From assembly GCA_041484665.1 (NCBI GenBank), contig JBGPIA010000016.1, positions 1 through 64,000 of the forward strand: DNA of 64,000 bases, read 5' to 3'. The notes beneath the pieces are model-generated. The model was given only the letters and a program-made list of their open reading frames with translations. It was not told the DNA's origin and did no database searches. Below, piece after piece: positions 1 to 9,276 of the stretch. Numbering within the stretch: position 1 is the stretch's first letter; each line of letters starts with the position of its first letter. Origin of the DNA: Candidatus Krumholzibacteriia bacterium (GTDB taxonomy: Bacteria; Krumholzibacteriota; Krumholzibacteriia; JAJRXK01). Both the position numbers and the translations under genes were made by a program.

Positions 1-152
1 GCCACCGGCACCTGCTGAAGCTTCGCGAAGCGATCCAAGTGGAACTTAAGATCGAGCCGAGTGAGCAGCCATTCGAGGAAGAGGTGGCGTAGCCAACCGA
101 CGAGCCGTGGAGATTTCCAACTAGGAATGGGCTTGACTCGGCGCTCGAGGAG

Positions 153-647
153 ATGCGCCACATCGGAGATCAGGTCAAGAAAGATGGCGGACCAGAGGCA
201 TTGGTTCAGCGTGCGGAAGAGCAGAGCTATCGAATCGCGAATCAGGAAGGCCAACTTCAGCATTACGAGTCACGTTTGAGAGAAGCCGGGCTGGGAAAGG
301 GTGAACGGCCTTGCTGGGTTAAGCCGGATGGCACGATCGAGTACCTGTATGATGTCGTTCTCGCGAGCAATGGCATTCGGATGCGAGAGCGCCGCGAGGG
401 CAAGCGAGAACGCGAGCGCGCGCTACTTCCGATGCCGACCGTCGACCCGAGCGAGGTGCTCAGCCCGTCTGAGTTTCTGCGACGCACGGAGCCTCTTTAC
501 GACTCCAGTCTTGCAGCTAACTGCCGTTTCTTCGTTGTGATTTATGACGCTACGGGACCCGCAGAGAAAGACCTGTACAAGTCGCTCCTGCAGACCGTCG
601 AGGGTCATTTCTACAAGAGGCTAGACCGTGGACCCGCACCCTTCTGA
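153..647 (+). CDS. Hypothetical protein, probably the C-terminal part of a longer gene
   Basis: 164-aa ORF with a coiled-coil-like start and a PCW...YLY...CRFFV...VEGHFY tail. The frame is also open from base 3 apart from a TAG at 90-92. The region looks more A/T-rich than the rest of the window. Confidence 0.55.
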   Translation: MRHIGDQVKKDGGPEALVQRAEEQSYRIANQEGQLQHYESRLREAGLGKGERPCWVKPDGTIEYLYDVVLASNGIRMRERREGKRERERALLPMPTVDPSEVLSPSEFLRRTEPLYDSSLAANCRFFVVIYDATGPAEKDLYKSLLQTVEGHFYKRLDRGPAPF

Positions 648-873
648 CAGCGTGGCGGCTTTGCGCGCACTCCGGGTGGCCCTGGAGGAGTTGGATGTCG
701 CCGCTGCGGAGTACCACCGGCATCGTCAGAGCCTGATCGCGTCCTCCAGGCAGTCGCTGGGTGACCCCGCCGCACACCACGGTGTTTGGTCGCGCGCCCT
801 CGCTGTTGTGCGACATGGGTGGCGGTGGTTGGGCGAGGGGCTTCGAGATGGTAGAGGCCAGGACATTCGCTAA
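628..873 (+). CDS. Small hypothetical protein
   Basis: 81-aa GTG-start ORF overlapping the end of the upstream gene; helical-looking, no recognised motif. Confidence 0.3.
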   Translation: MDPHPSDSVAALRALRVALEELDVAAAEYHRHRQSLIASSRQSLGDPAAHHGVWSRALAVVRHGWRWLGEGLRDGRGQDIR

Positions 874-1275
874 GGTGGGTGGTGCCCGTGCCCTTGCTGG
901 TCCTAACTGCGACTTGCTTCGACGCGCGCGAAGGGAAGAGATCTCGCGACGCCCGGTGGCCCGCGGCGTAATTTGCACCCGCTTTCCAGCCTGCGCGTCT
1001 AAGTTTGACCAGCGTCCCGTTCGGGCCCCCGGATGCTCATTTAGCGTCAAACGCCCGAGGGTCCCGAAGGTAGAAACCGAGACATCGAGACCGCGCGGCC
1101 CCTTTCCGAGGCTTTCATCCGGGCCCCCGTCCGCTACGCTCCTCGGAACGTAGACGCAGTCCGCCCGCGGCCCTCGCAAACCCTGCGAATTCCAGCACAT
1201 AAAGCAACCCCGCCTCGACCAGGAGACAGGGTCTGCGTCAACCACTGGAGCGTCAAATTCCAAGGCCAGATCACC

Positions 1276-1326
1276 CGGCTCCCCGGGTGGGACTCCAACT
1301 CGCGACCCTTTGTTTAACGGCCGACG
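1276..1326 (-). pseudogene. Degenerate 3' half of tRNA-Asn(GTT), probable att-site remnant
   Basis: Minus strand reads CGTCGGCCGTTAAACAAAGGGTCGCGAGTTGGAGTCCCACCCGGGGAGCCG. This is colinear with the anticodon (GTT), T-arm and acceptor 3' half of bacterial tRNA-Asn. No D-arm or 5' acceptor strand; stems contain mismatches. Confidence 0.6.
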
Positions 1327-1434
1327 GTACATTCTCTGGTGGCGCGGAGCCCGCCAGAACCCCAACCCACGCTCCGCCGCCCCATCGACCCACCCACCGA
1401 GGTGCCCTCCCCTCGGCCGTTCAACGCGCCCCGC

Positions 1435-2460
1435 CTACTGCTTCCCTTCCTTCGGCGGCGCCTCCAGCTGCTCGAGCATCCGCTTCGCGCGCCGGTTCTC
1501 CGGGTCGGCGGCCAGCAGCTTGTGCAGGATCTCGATCGCGGCCGCGCGGTCGCCGCGCGCGACCTGCACCTCTGCCATCATGGCGGGGATCGCGGTCGAC
1601 TGCGGGTTGTATTCAGCGTTGAGGTGCAGCAGGGCCAGCGCTTCGTCGTTCTTCCCTTCGGTAGAGAACTCGCGCGCGGCCTCACTGATCCCCCACTCGC
1701 TCAAATCAAACCACCCATACTCGGCGTTGTCGTGCAGGTGCCGCACCTCCGCAATCGCCGAGTCGACCCCCGCGGCGGCCATGGCCGCATGCAGGCGGCC
1801 GGAGAGGGTCTGGGGTTTCGGCTGCCCGTGGTGGCAGGTCACGCACGTCACCTCCACGGGCGGCGTCCCGCGATTGGGGATCTTTGCCAGCAGCTCCTCG
1901 TTGAGCCGCTTCGTCATCACGAGCATGGCGCGCGCGGTCACTTTCTCGGGCTTTTGATCGGCAGCGAAGTCTTCGCGGCCGTTCGGCGCGTCGTGCTCGC
2001 CCACGTGGCAGAACTCGCAGCGCACCCCTAGCGCGAAGCTGAACCCACGCATGGTCTGGATCAACTGCGGGCGCGGGATGTCCTTGGGGAGGAACTGCAG
2101 ATTTTGCGGTGGGGGCGGAGCTGCGGGCCGACCTCCCGGCGCTGTCCCCGCCGGTGCGCCTGGCGATGCGCCCGCAGGTCCGCCCGCCGGTGCACCAGGC
2201 GGTGTGGCTGGCGGGGCGGTCGGCTGCGCGGCCGGCGCTGCACTCCGCGTTGCGCCCGGCGGCTTCGACGGCGGGTGAGTCGGCGGCGTCGCCGGCGGAG
2301 CAGCTGGCTGCGCCTCGGCCGGTCTCGGCGCTGCCGGCTGCGGAGCGCCGGGTGCGGCGGGAGCGCCAGCCGCGGGAGTCCGCGTGGCGACGGTGGCGAG
2401 CAGCCCTCCGGTCAGCAGCAGGGCGGCTGCAGCCGAAACGATGGCAGAGCGGTTGCGCAT
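1435..2460 (-). CDS. Exported di-haem c-type cytochrome (reaction-centre cytochrome c subunit-like family) with Pro/Ala linker and C-terminal TPR
   Basis: CEFCH and CVTCH haem motifs, NLQFLP...QTMRGFSFALGV family motif, signal peptide, GGAGG RBS before ATG 2460. Confidence 0.85.
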   Translation of the reverse strand: MRNRSAIVSAAAALLLTGGLLATVATRTPAAGAPAAPGAPQPAAPRPAEAQPAAPPATPPTHPPSKPPGATRSAAPAAQPTAPPATPPGAPAGGPAGASPGAPAGTAPGGRPAAPPPPQNLQFLPKDIPRPQLIQTMRGFSFALGVRCEFCHVGEHDAPNGREDFAADQKPEKVTARAMLVMTKRLNEELLAKIPNRGTPPVEVTCVTCHHGQPKPQTLSGRLHAAMAAAGVDSAIAEVRHLHDNAEYGWFDLSEWGISEAAREFSTEGKNDEALALLHLNAEYNPQSTAIPAMMAEVQVARGDRAAAIEILHKLLAADPENRRAKRMLEQLEAPPKEGKQ

Positions 2461-2590
2461 GAAGCCTCCACAGGGTTGAGTCCGGGCCGACCACGGTACC
2501 GTTTCGCGCCGGACAGCACAACTTGCCCGCGCGCACACGTGCGGACCCGCTCACCAGCCCGCGAACGGGATGGCACGCGCAACCGCGTTC

Positions 2591-3121
2591 TCAACCGCCC
2601 GCACGGAACCGCGCGCCGCTCGCTAGCGGGACCTCCGGGTGCCCGATGCGGTCCAGTGCCGCCGTGAGGGCCTCGAGCTCGTTGCGCTTCAGGTGCCGCA
2701 ACGCTCCCCGCTCGAGTGCCGCCAGCGCGCCATGCGTGCGAATGGCCAGCCTCTCACCTTCGTGGGTGAGCTGGACTACGAACGAGCGCCGATCGCGCGG
2801 CGCCACCGTGCGGCCGACTAGGCCGCGCCCCTCGAGCCGGTCGAGAACGCTCGTCAAGGTCGAGCGGCGGTGCTCGAGCGCGCGGTGTAGCTGCCCGACC
2901 GTGCTCGGTCCCGCTTCGACAAGGTGGGCGAGGATGTGGCTTTCGGCCTGAGTGACGCCAAGCGCCGCATGTCGATCGAGCCACAGCCCGACGCGGTGCG
3001 TGGCACGGTGGAGCTGGGGGATCAAGAGCAGCGTGGAACGTGCCGGCACGCCGCCTCGGCCTGCGGCTGTCGGCGTGGTGCCGGGCCGATTCGTGGAGCG
3101 CGTCTTCGCGGAGCGCGTCAT
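2591..3121 (-). CDS. MarR family transcriptional regulator
   Basis: LGVTQAESHIL...STLTSVLDRLEGRGLV...DRRSFVVQLTHEG winged-helix signature; ATGA overlap with the upstream gene. Confidence 0.88.
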   Translation of the reverse strand: MTRSAKTRSTNRPGTTPTAAGRGGVPARSTLLLIPQLHRATHRVGLWLDRHAALGVTQAESHILAHLVEAGPSTVGQLHRALEHRRSTLTSVLDRLEGRGLVGRTVAPRDRRSFVVQLTHEGERLAIRTHGALAALERGALRHLKRNELEALTAALDRIGHPEVPLASGARFRAGG

Positions 3122-3708
3122 GGGGTCGGCCTGGAGGAGGTGCCCAGCAGGCGGCCGTTCAGCGCATCCTCCCAGTGCGGCGCCTCGGCGGGGAAATGCG
3201 CGAGCCAGCGCTCGATGAAGTCGTTGCCGGCTGCCGTGAGTGCAGTATACCGATACCAGACCTCGGCCGACGAAGCCGCAGGCCCGAAGGCCACGACGTG
3301 GATGCGGATCTCGCAGGTCACGAGCCCTGGCCTCACCACGACGTAGGCGACCCGGCACTCGACCGGATCGTAGGTGGTCATCACCCAGATGTTGTCGTCA
3401 CCGCCGCGACCGCGAGTTGTGAAAACGGCCCCATCCGGATTCTGGGCCGCCGGCACCGGGGCGATGAACTTCGGCTCCCAACCGACGGCCCATTCGGCCT
3501 CTCTCACCGGTCCAAAGAGCGGAAACACGGCCGCCGCCGGGCCATGCAGGCTCAGCCACATCGAGCGGTACTCCTGCCGAAGGACAGCTGCGACCGCGAC
3601 CGAGTCCGGCGACGCTCCCGGCCCGGCGTGCTCGGTTGGCCCGCCGCCGGCCGCCGGCGTGGACGCGAGCCCCGCAAGCAGCCATCCCAGCAGCCATGCG
3701 CTTGCCAT
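3118..3708 (-). CDS. Exported SRPBCC/START-like hypothetical protein
   Basis: Signal peptide, VFPLFGPVREAEWAVGW motif, GAGG RBS before ATG 3708. Confidence 0.7.
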   Translation of the reverse strand: MASAWLLGWLLAGLASTPAAGGGPTEHAGPGASPDSVAVAAVLRQEYRSMWLSLHGPAAAVFPLFGPVREAEWAVGWEPKFIAPVPAAQNPDGAVFTTRGRGGDDNIWVMTTYDPVECRVAYVVVRPGLVTCEIRIHVVAFGPAASSAEVWYRYTALTAAGNDFIERWLAHFPAEAPHWEDALNGRLLGTSSRPTP

Positions 3709-3768
3709 CGCCTCATCCTCCCCGGTTGTGCGCGAGCCGCCGCGCCCACACTGTAACGAATGTGGAAT

Positions 3769-3782
3769 ATACGATATCGTAT
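3769..3782. promoter_or_regulatory. 14-bp perfect palindrome, probable MarR operator
   Basis: ATACGATATCGTAT in an A/T-rich patch about 60 bp upstream of the SRPBCC-marR operon. Confidence 0.55.
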
Positions 3783-4004
3783 TACACGGCCATGCGCCGA
3801 CGCAAGCCAATTTCCCCGGACGCGTGGTGCTGTTGGGCAAGTAGGTTCGTCGGGCACGGGGCAGGGCGGGCGACGGGCCCTCAATCCGGCTGCTACACAG
3901 CGCGCCGGGAAACCCGCGGAGCTAGCGAGACATCTTTGGCGTGACGACGTACCCCTTGGCGTCGGCGCCGGCGGCTTGCCCTTGCGGTATCAGCGTTGAG
4001 CCGA

Positions 4005-4770
4005 TCAGCTCGAACCGTCTCGATGCCTGTCCGGTCCACGACCGGGCGCCCCGCCGAACATCCGCTGCGCGAGCTCGAGGTCCTCTTGGGTATCGATCTC
4101 CAGGCAATCCAGGTCGCTTAGATCCACGGGAAAGATCTCCTCGCCCGCGCGAAGGAGCGCCACGAACGCCGCTTCGTAATACTCCCCGGTGCGTCCCTCC
4201 TGGGCGATGCGGCGCTCTAGCTCAACGAACAAGCGCGTGGTGAATGCGGCTGAGAACACCTCGATCCCCATCGACTCTCCCGCCGCCAGCGCTGCCGGAG
4301 TCTCCTTGCTCAGATCGGTGATCTGGCCACGTGTTCCGAGCGTGACCTTCATCTCCTCGTCGCCCAGCGAGCCGCGCGTACGCAAGGCGAGGCGATTCGG
4401 GCGGCCGTCGTCCAGCATCCGTCGAATGACCGCCGGATCGAACAGGATGTCGCTGTCCATGAGCAGGATCGGGCCTTGCGCCGCATCGCGCGCCAACCAC
4501 AGCGAATACGCGTTGTTCGTGCTCGCGTAGGCAGGATTTCGGACGAAGCGGAAGTCTGTCGCTGGAAACTCCACGGTCAGGACGTCGCGCAGGCGGTCCC
4601 CCTCGTATCCATCGACGATCACGAATTCGTTCAGTCCATGGGCGACCAGGATGGTCACGGCGCGGGAGACGATGCTCTGGCCTGCCACCTCAAGCAGGCA
4701 CTTAGGCCGCCCATCGGTCAGCGGCCGCAGCCGCTGTCCGCGCCCGGCTGCGAGTAGGACGACCTGGATG
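4005..4770 (-). CDS. Phosphocholine cytidylyltransferase-family (LicC-like) NTP transferase; start uncertain
   Basis: VVLLAAGRGQRLRPLTDGRPKCLL, NNAYSLWLA, LMDSDILF, EEMKV, GESMGI and EIDTQEDL motifs. No canonical start codon directly before the domain. Confidence 0.85.
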
Positions 4771-5673
4771 TCAAACCGCCTTGAACGCCTGGCTCTCCAG
4801 TTTGCGGGAAGCGCCGGCGTGGGTGAGCAGCACGACGAGTCCCCAGCCGTTCCCCACAACGAGCGCGCTGAGCACGTAGAGGTCGAGACGATGGAATAGG
4901 CCCGCCAGCACGATGCATGCTGAGTGCATGGTAGGGCCGGTCAGGAGCGCCATGCGCAGGACGGGATAGTTGTAGCGCGCCCATTGCTCGGTCGACCACT
5001 GGTCCAGAACGCGTGGATGGGAGACCGGCGGTACGGTCGAGCGCCACAGCGCGCGGAATGCGGCGTACAACACGATCAGGGCGCGGTCCTGACGGTGTAT
5101 TCCCTCGAGCTTCCACCGGCGGGCTTGCTTCTGCATGGCCGCCAGCTCCTCCTCGGGACCGCTATGCTGCTGGTAGACGATCTGCATCCACTCCAGCCGT
5201 TTCCGCTCGACGACCGCGCACCACCAGCCCACACAGACGAGCGCCGCGAGCGTCAGCATCAACCAGATCCACCGCGATGGGTGCTCCACCATCAGCCCGC
5301 AGCCGATTCCGAGGAACACGGCGATGCCGCTGAGGTGATCGATCACGCCGTCGAGGATGTAGCCGGCGAACGACTTCGTCCCCGTCAACCGGGCCAGCTG
5401 CCCGTCGGCGCAGTCCAGCACGTTGCAGACGAAATAGGCCAGCGCGGCGTAGCGCGACGCGTCGGCATCCCCGCGGGCGAACAGCAAACCGGCGGCGACG
5501 CCCGCGCCCAGCCCCAGAAGACTGAGTTGGTTCGGGGTGACGGGGCTGCGCTGCAGGAGCTTGACCAGCAGGAAGGCGATGGGCCTGAAGATCCAGAGAT
5601 CGAGGTACTCCTCCACCTCGACGCCCTTGAGCGACCGCAGGTACTCGGCGTACAGGGACCGAAGCGCGACCAT
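4771..5673 (-). CDS. CDP-alcohol phosphatidyltransferase family membrane protein
   Basis: TPNQLS and DCADGQLARLTGTKSFAGYILDGVID match the DxxDGxxAR...GxxxDxxxD signature; several TM segments. Confidence 0.92.
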   Translation of the reverse strand: MVALRSLYAEYLRSLKGVEVEEYLDLWIFRPIAFLLVKLLQRSPVTPNQLSLLGLGAGVAAGLLFARGDADASRYAALAYFVCNVLDCADGQLARLTGTKSFAGYILDGVIDHLSGIAVFLGIGCGLMVEHPSRWIWLMLTLAALVCVGWWCAVVERKRLEWMQIVYQQHSGPEEELAAMQKQARRWKLEGIHRQDRALIVLYAAFRALWRSTVPPVSHPRVLDQWSTEQWARYNYPVLRMALLTGPTMHSACIVLAGLFHRLDLYVLSALVVGNGWGLVVLLTHAGASRKLESQAFKAV

Positions 5674-5686
5674 GCCCGGCTCGCTC

Positions 5687-6826
5687 CTAGCTGGCCTTTG
5701 CCAACAGATCGGGCAACAGCTCCTCGAAGGCGGCGAGCAGCCGGGCGTTCTCTTCGGTGGTCCCCAGGCTCACACGAACGCAGTCACAGAACTGCGGCTG
5801 GGTGAAGAATTTCACGAACAGCCCGCGCTTGGACAAGGCAGATCGCAGCGCCGGCACGATCGAGACCGGAAACCTCACGAGCAGGAAGCAGGCCTGGGAC
5901 TCGTAGACCCGCACGCACTCGAACCTCCGGAGGAACCGGGTCATGCGCTCGCGGTCCTGCTCGATGCGAACCTGGATCCTTGCGTAGTATTCGGGGCTGT
6001 CCAGGGCCGCCAGCGCGAGCTTCTCCGAGATGCGGTTGTAGCCCAGGTTGCGCGAGCAGAACCCGCGGAAACGGTCCAGACCCCGTCCCGCGATGCCGTA
6101 GCCGATGCGCGCACCGGCCAGCCCGTAGAGCTTGGAGAACGTGCGCAGGATCAAGAGGTTCGGGTACTCGTCCGCGAGGCTGGCGAGGTCGCCGCTCTCC
6201 ACGCCGTCGAAGCCGTGGTACGCCTGGTCGAGGATGACGGTCGTGTCCCGCAGGCTCTCCAACAGATCGCGCAGCGTTGCCCCGGCGATGGCGTTGCCCG
6301 TCGGGTTGTTCGGGGAGGCGATGAGCACCAGCCGGGGGCTCGTCTGCTTGTGCAGCCTAATCAGCGCCTCGAAATCGTAGACGTATGCCGTGGCGGTCTC
6401 GATGAGCGGATACTCGACGGTGACGCCCTGCACGTCCTCGGCGATGGCGCCGTAGTACCACCAGGACGCGCTGGGGATCATCAGCCGCTGGCCCTCGCGT
6501 ACGAAGTGCTGGGCAGCCTGCTTCAAGAGGTCCTCGCAGCCGTAGCCGAGGACGATCCGCGTGTCGTCGACCTGATGGACCTCGCCCAGCCTGCGGGACA
6601 GATCGCTGTAGTATCCCTTGTTGAACGCGCGCGTATAGTTGAAGAGCAGGGATGGCTCGATCTCGCGCAGCGTTTGCATACAAGCCGGCGCCGGACCGTA
6701 TCGATTCTCGTTGCGATCCAGCAGGACCGCCCCCGGCGGGGCTTCCACCAGGGCGGGGACATTTCGCCGGATGGCGACCAACTCTGAGCTGGCAGCTGCA
6801 GCAGCGCGTAGGTGGACCGCCTTCAT
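5687..6826 (-). CDS. PLP-dependent class I/II enzyme, HisC/CobD-like (aminotransferase or amino-acid-phosphate decarboxylase)
   Basis: LDRNEN, SPNNPTG, DQAY and RTFSKLYGLAGARIGY (PLP lysine) motifs. Confidence 0.9.
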   Translation of the reverse strand: MKAVHLRAAAAASSELVAIRRNVPALVEAPPGAVLLDRNENRYGPAPACMQTLREIEPSLLFNYTRAFNKGYYSDLSRRLGEVHQVDDTRIVLGYGCEDLLKQAAQHFVREGQRLMIPSASWWYYGAIAEDVQGVTVEYPLIETATAYVYDFEALIRLHKQTSPRLVLIASPNNPTGNAIAGATLRDLLESLRDTTVILDQAYHGFDGVESGDLASLADEYPNLLILRTFSKLYGLAGARIGYGIAGRGLDRFRGFCSRNLGYNRISEKLALAALDSPEYYARIQVRIEQDRERMTRFLRRFECVRVYESQACFLLVRFPVSIVPALRSALSKRGLFVKFFTQPQFCDCVRVSLGTTEENARLLAAFEELLPDLLAKAS

Positions 6827-7068
6827 GAGCCTCTATTCGCTGAGGTGGGTGCGTGGGCGACCCCGGCTTCTCGAAGGAGCCAGGCTACAGAGCCCGGCGG
6901 ATCAGGTCAAGTCGCTTCGGCGGCCGGGCGCGGCGGCCGAAACGGATCCTGCGCGTGCCAAAGGCGCGGCCCCCCTCCCCCAACGATCATAGAACCGGGG
7001 CGATGGTCGTGGGCTGACCCGACCCGCGAGCCAGGAAGTGGCCCCCGCGCCTTCCGGTCACCCCGGGC

Positions 7069-7413
7069 TTGATTCTCCGCGCGGCTCTCGGAGAAAATCC
7101 TCCGCCAAGGTCCCACGCGAAGGGCGAGCCGCTGATCGAAGCGCTGCTCGATGCCGGGATCGTACGGTTGCGACCGGCGCTGGTGACCGTGGGGGCCACC
7201 GTCTTCGCCCTCTTTCCCCTCGCTGCGCACGGCAGGCCGCTGTGGGAGCCGTTGTGCTACGCCCAGATCGGGGGCCTGACCGTGGAGACTTTCATCACGC
7301 TGCTGCTCGTCCCGGTGCTCTATTCCATCTTCGTGCCCGATCTGAAGATCGTTAAGTGGGAGACCCGGCACGTGGCGACCGAAGGCGGTCAAAGTAGCGC
7401 CGTGGGTCCATGA
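7069..7413 (+). pseudogene. C-terminal remnant of an AcrB/RND efflux permease
   Basis: EALLDAGIVRLRPALVT...LWEPLCYAQIGGL...TLLLVPVLYSIF matches RND TM11-12; the rest of the ~1000-aa gene is absent. Confidence 0.8.
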
Positions 7414-7461
7414 TCGTTGGGAGCGGCTCAGCCCGCGCGGCGGCGGAGATCATCCGCGCCG

Positions 7462-9162
7462 TCACTTGATGACCGTCAACTTCCTCGTCGCCGCGAAGGC
7501 GGGCCGACCGCCGGAGCCGGAAATCTCGACTGCGATCCGATAGAGGTAGACGCCGCTCCCCAGCCCTCTGGCATCGAATTCGACCGTCTTCTCCCCGGCG
7601 TCTTCCACCCGATCCACGAGCCTCGCCACCTGCGCTCCGCGCGAATCGTAGACGCGTAGCGTTACGTGGGCCCGAGTCGGCACCGCGTAGCCGATCGTGG
7701 TCAAGGGATTGAACGGGTTCGGGCGGTTCTGCCGCAACACGACGCCCCGGCTGACCACCTCTCCTTCGACGGCCGTGAGCGGAGATCGGGGGGCCTCGTC
7801 GGCTCCCATGTAGGGCCCCAGCGGGTCGCGGACCTCGCCGTCGATGTCGTCGGGGACGCCGCCAAACGGCGTCCCGCGCAGGACCGTGTCTCCCAGCGAC
7901 GCCCCGGCGAGGTGCAAGTCCACGCTGGAGGTAAACGTGACGTCCCGCGACACGGACTGCAGGTCCTTGCCGCTCGCTGCCCTCAGCGCAGCGAGGTCGA
8001 CCTGGTCCACGCCCCCCCATCTCGCTATCCAGGTTCCGAGCACGTGGAGATCGTTGAACTCCGAGGTGCCGATTCCCGCCGGAGCACTCGCATAGTACGC
8101 ATAGCCCAAGCCCGTATTGATGAACATGTTGTCGACGACATCGATGGACCCGGAGCTGCCCCCCGCCTCGTAGAACGGCACGCCCGATACCGCCGAGCCG
8201 TTGTTGAGAACGGTGTTGTAGTAGAAGTCGAGGTAGCGGCCCGAGAAGACGTACAGACCATTGGCAATCTCCCGGACGACGATGAAGTTGTTGGCGATCA
8301 GCCCTCGACTCAGCGTGGCCGCGATGCAGTCCGTGAAGGTGATCCCACCCCCGGTGTGCACCTCGACCTTGTTCTTTCTGACCACCAGCGGTCCCCTGCA
8401 GCTGTAGAGCCCGATGCCCTCGTACGATGTCGATACGACATTGCGCTCGACGACCGGGGAGTCGTGCAGATTGAGGAAGATGCCGTTGGTGAGGGAGCCA
8501 ACCGTGTTCCCGGCGACCTGGGTGCCCGCGGCCAGGAGATTCGAGAGGCCCTTCAGGTACACTGCATAGCTGCCCCCGGTGAATGAATTCCCGGTGATCG
8601 CCACATTGCTGAGCGTATCTCCACCAGCGAAGATCGCAGCACGGTCGGGATCGGTATAGCCGGCGCCGCCGAAGCCGCTGAAAACGTTCTCGTTGAATTG
8701 GATGTCGTCCACGGGGCCCTTCAGCGTGACGAGGCGACGGAAGCCTGCGCCGAACCCGGCGGAGGAGAACGTCATGCGGGCGAAGCGAACATGATGGGTT
8801 CCGCTCAGCCGCACGACGAAATTGTTGGCGGCCGACGAGGCGGCGAATTGGAGGACGACGCTCGCAGCGTTTCCGGTCTCGGATTGGAAGAGTATGCCGG
8901 CTGCGGCGCTGGTGCCGGCGACCAGGGGAATGTCGAGCTGCTCGGTGTAAGTGCCGGGTCGGACGCGAAAGTCGACCGGGCCCGCGACGCCGCTGGCGCT
9001 CAACGCAGTGACGGCGGCCGTGAACGTCGCGTAGCTGGGGGAAGCCCCGCCGATGGTGTAGGTGCCTGCGAGCTGGGCGCGGGAAGCGTTTGTCCAGAGG
9101 GCGTGCGCTAGTATCGCGCAGGCGAGCATCCGGCCCAGGGGTCTGTGGTGCTGGGGCTTCAT
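7462..9162 (-). CDS. Secreted right-handed beta-helix protein with FlgD/T9SS-like C-terminal domain
   Basis: LAGTYTIGG start, Asn-rich parallel beta-helix repeats, DIDGEVR..PYMGADE, QNRPNPFNPLTTI...SGVYLYRI; RBS before ATG 9162. Confidence 0.85.
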   Translation of the reverse strand: MKPQHHRPLGRMLACAILAHALWTNASRAQLAGTYTIGGASPSYATFTAAVTALSASGVAGPVDFRVRPGTYTEQLDIPLVAGTSAAAGILFQSETGNAASVVLQFAASSAANNFVVRLSGTHHVRFARMTFSSAGFGAGFRRLVTLKGPVDDIQFNENVFSGFGGAGYTDPDRAAIFAGGDTLSNVAITGNSFTGGSYAVYLKGLSNLLAAGTQVAGNTVGSLTNGIFLNLHDSPVVERNVVSTSYEGIGLYSCRGPLVVRKNKVEVHTGGGITFTDCIAATLSRGLIANNFIVVREIANGLYVFSGRYLDFYYNTVLNNGSAVSGVPFYEAGGSSGSIDVVDNMFINTGLGYAYYASAPAGIGTSEFNDLHVLGTWIARWGGVDQVDLAALRAASGKDLQSVSRDVTFTSSVDLHLAGASLGDTVLRGTPFGGVPDDIDGEVRDPLGPYMGADEAPRSPLTAVEGEVVSRGVVLRQNRPNPFNPLTTIGYAVPTRAHVTLRVYDSRGAQVARLVDRVEDAGEKTVEFDARGLGSGVYLYRIAVEISGSGGRPAFAATRKLTVIK

Positions 9163-9276
9163 GCTGGATCCCCTCGTCGAGGCAAGGAATTTCAGGGGTA
9201 TGCTCGAGTATAACACGGTGCAACCGCGGGCGAGGGGCCCGGGACGTGATGGGGAGCTGAAGCACTGCTGCATCGA

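Noticed and set aside
90..92. Pyrrolysine read-through of the in-frame TAG
   Set aside because: No methylamine methyltransferase or pyl context; a nonsense mutation or gene boundary is simpler.
1276..1350. Functional tRNA-Asn
   Set aside because: No D-arm or 5' acceptor strand, broken anticodon and T stems, and TTGGA instead of TTCGA.
1435..2460. Evidence for photosynthesis (reaction-centre cytochrome)
   Set aside because: Only two haem motifs and no puf or bch genes; the family is common in non-phototrophs.
5687..6826. Housekeeping hisC
   Set aside because: The context is lipid/nucleotidyl-transfer genes rather than his genes, so no symbol is assigned.
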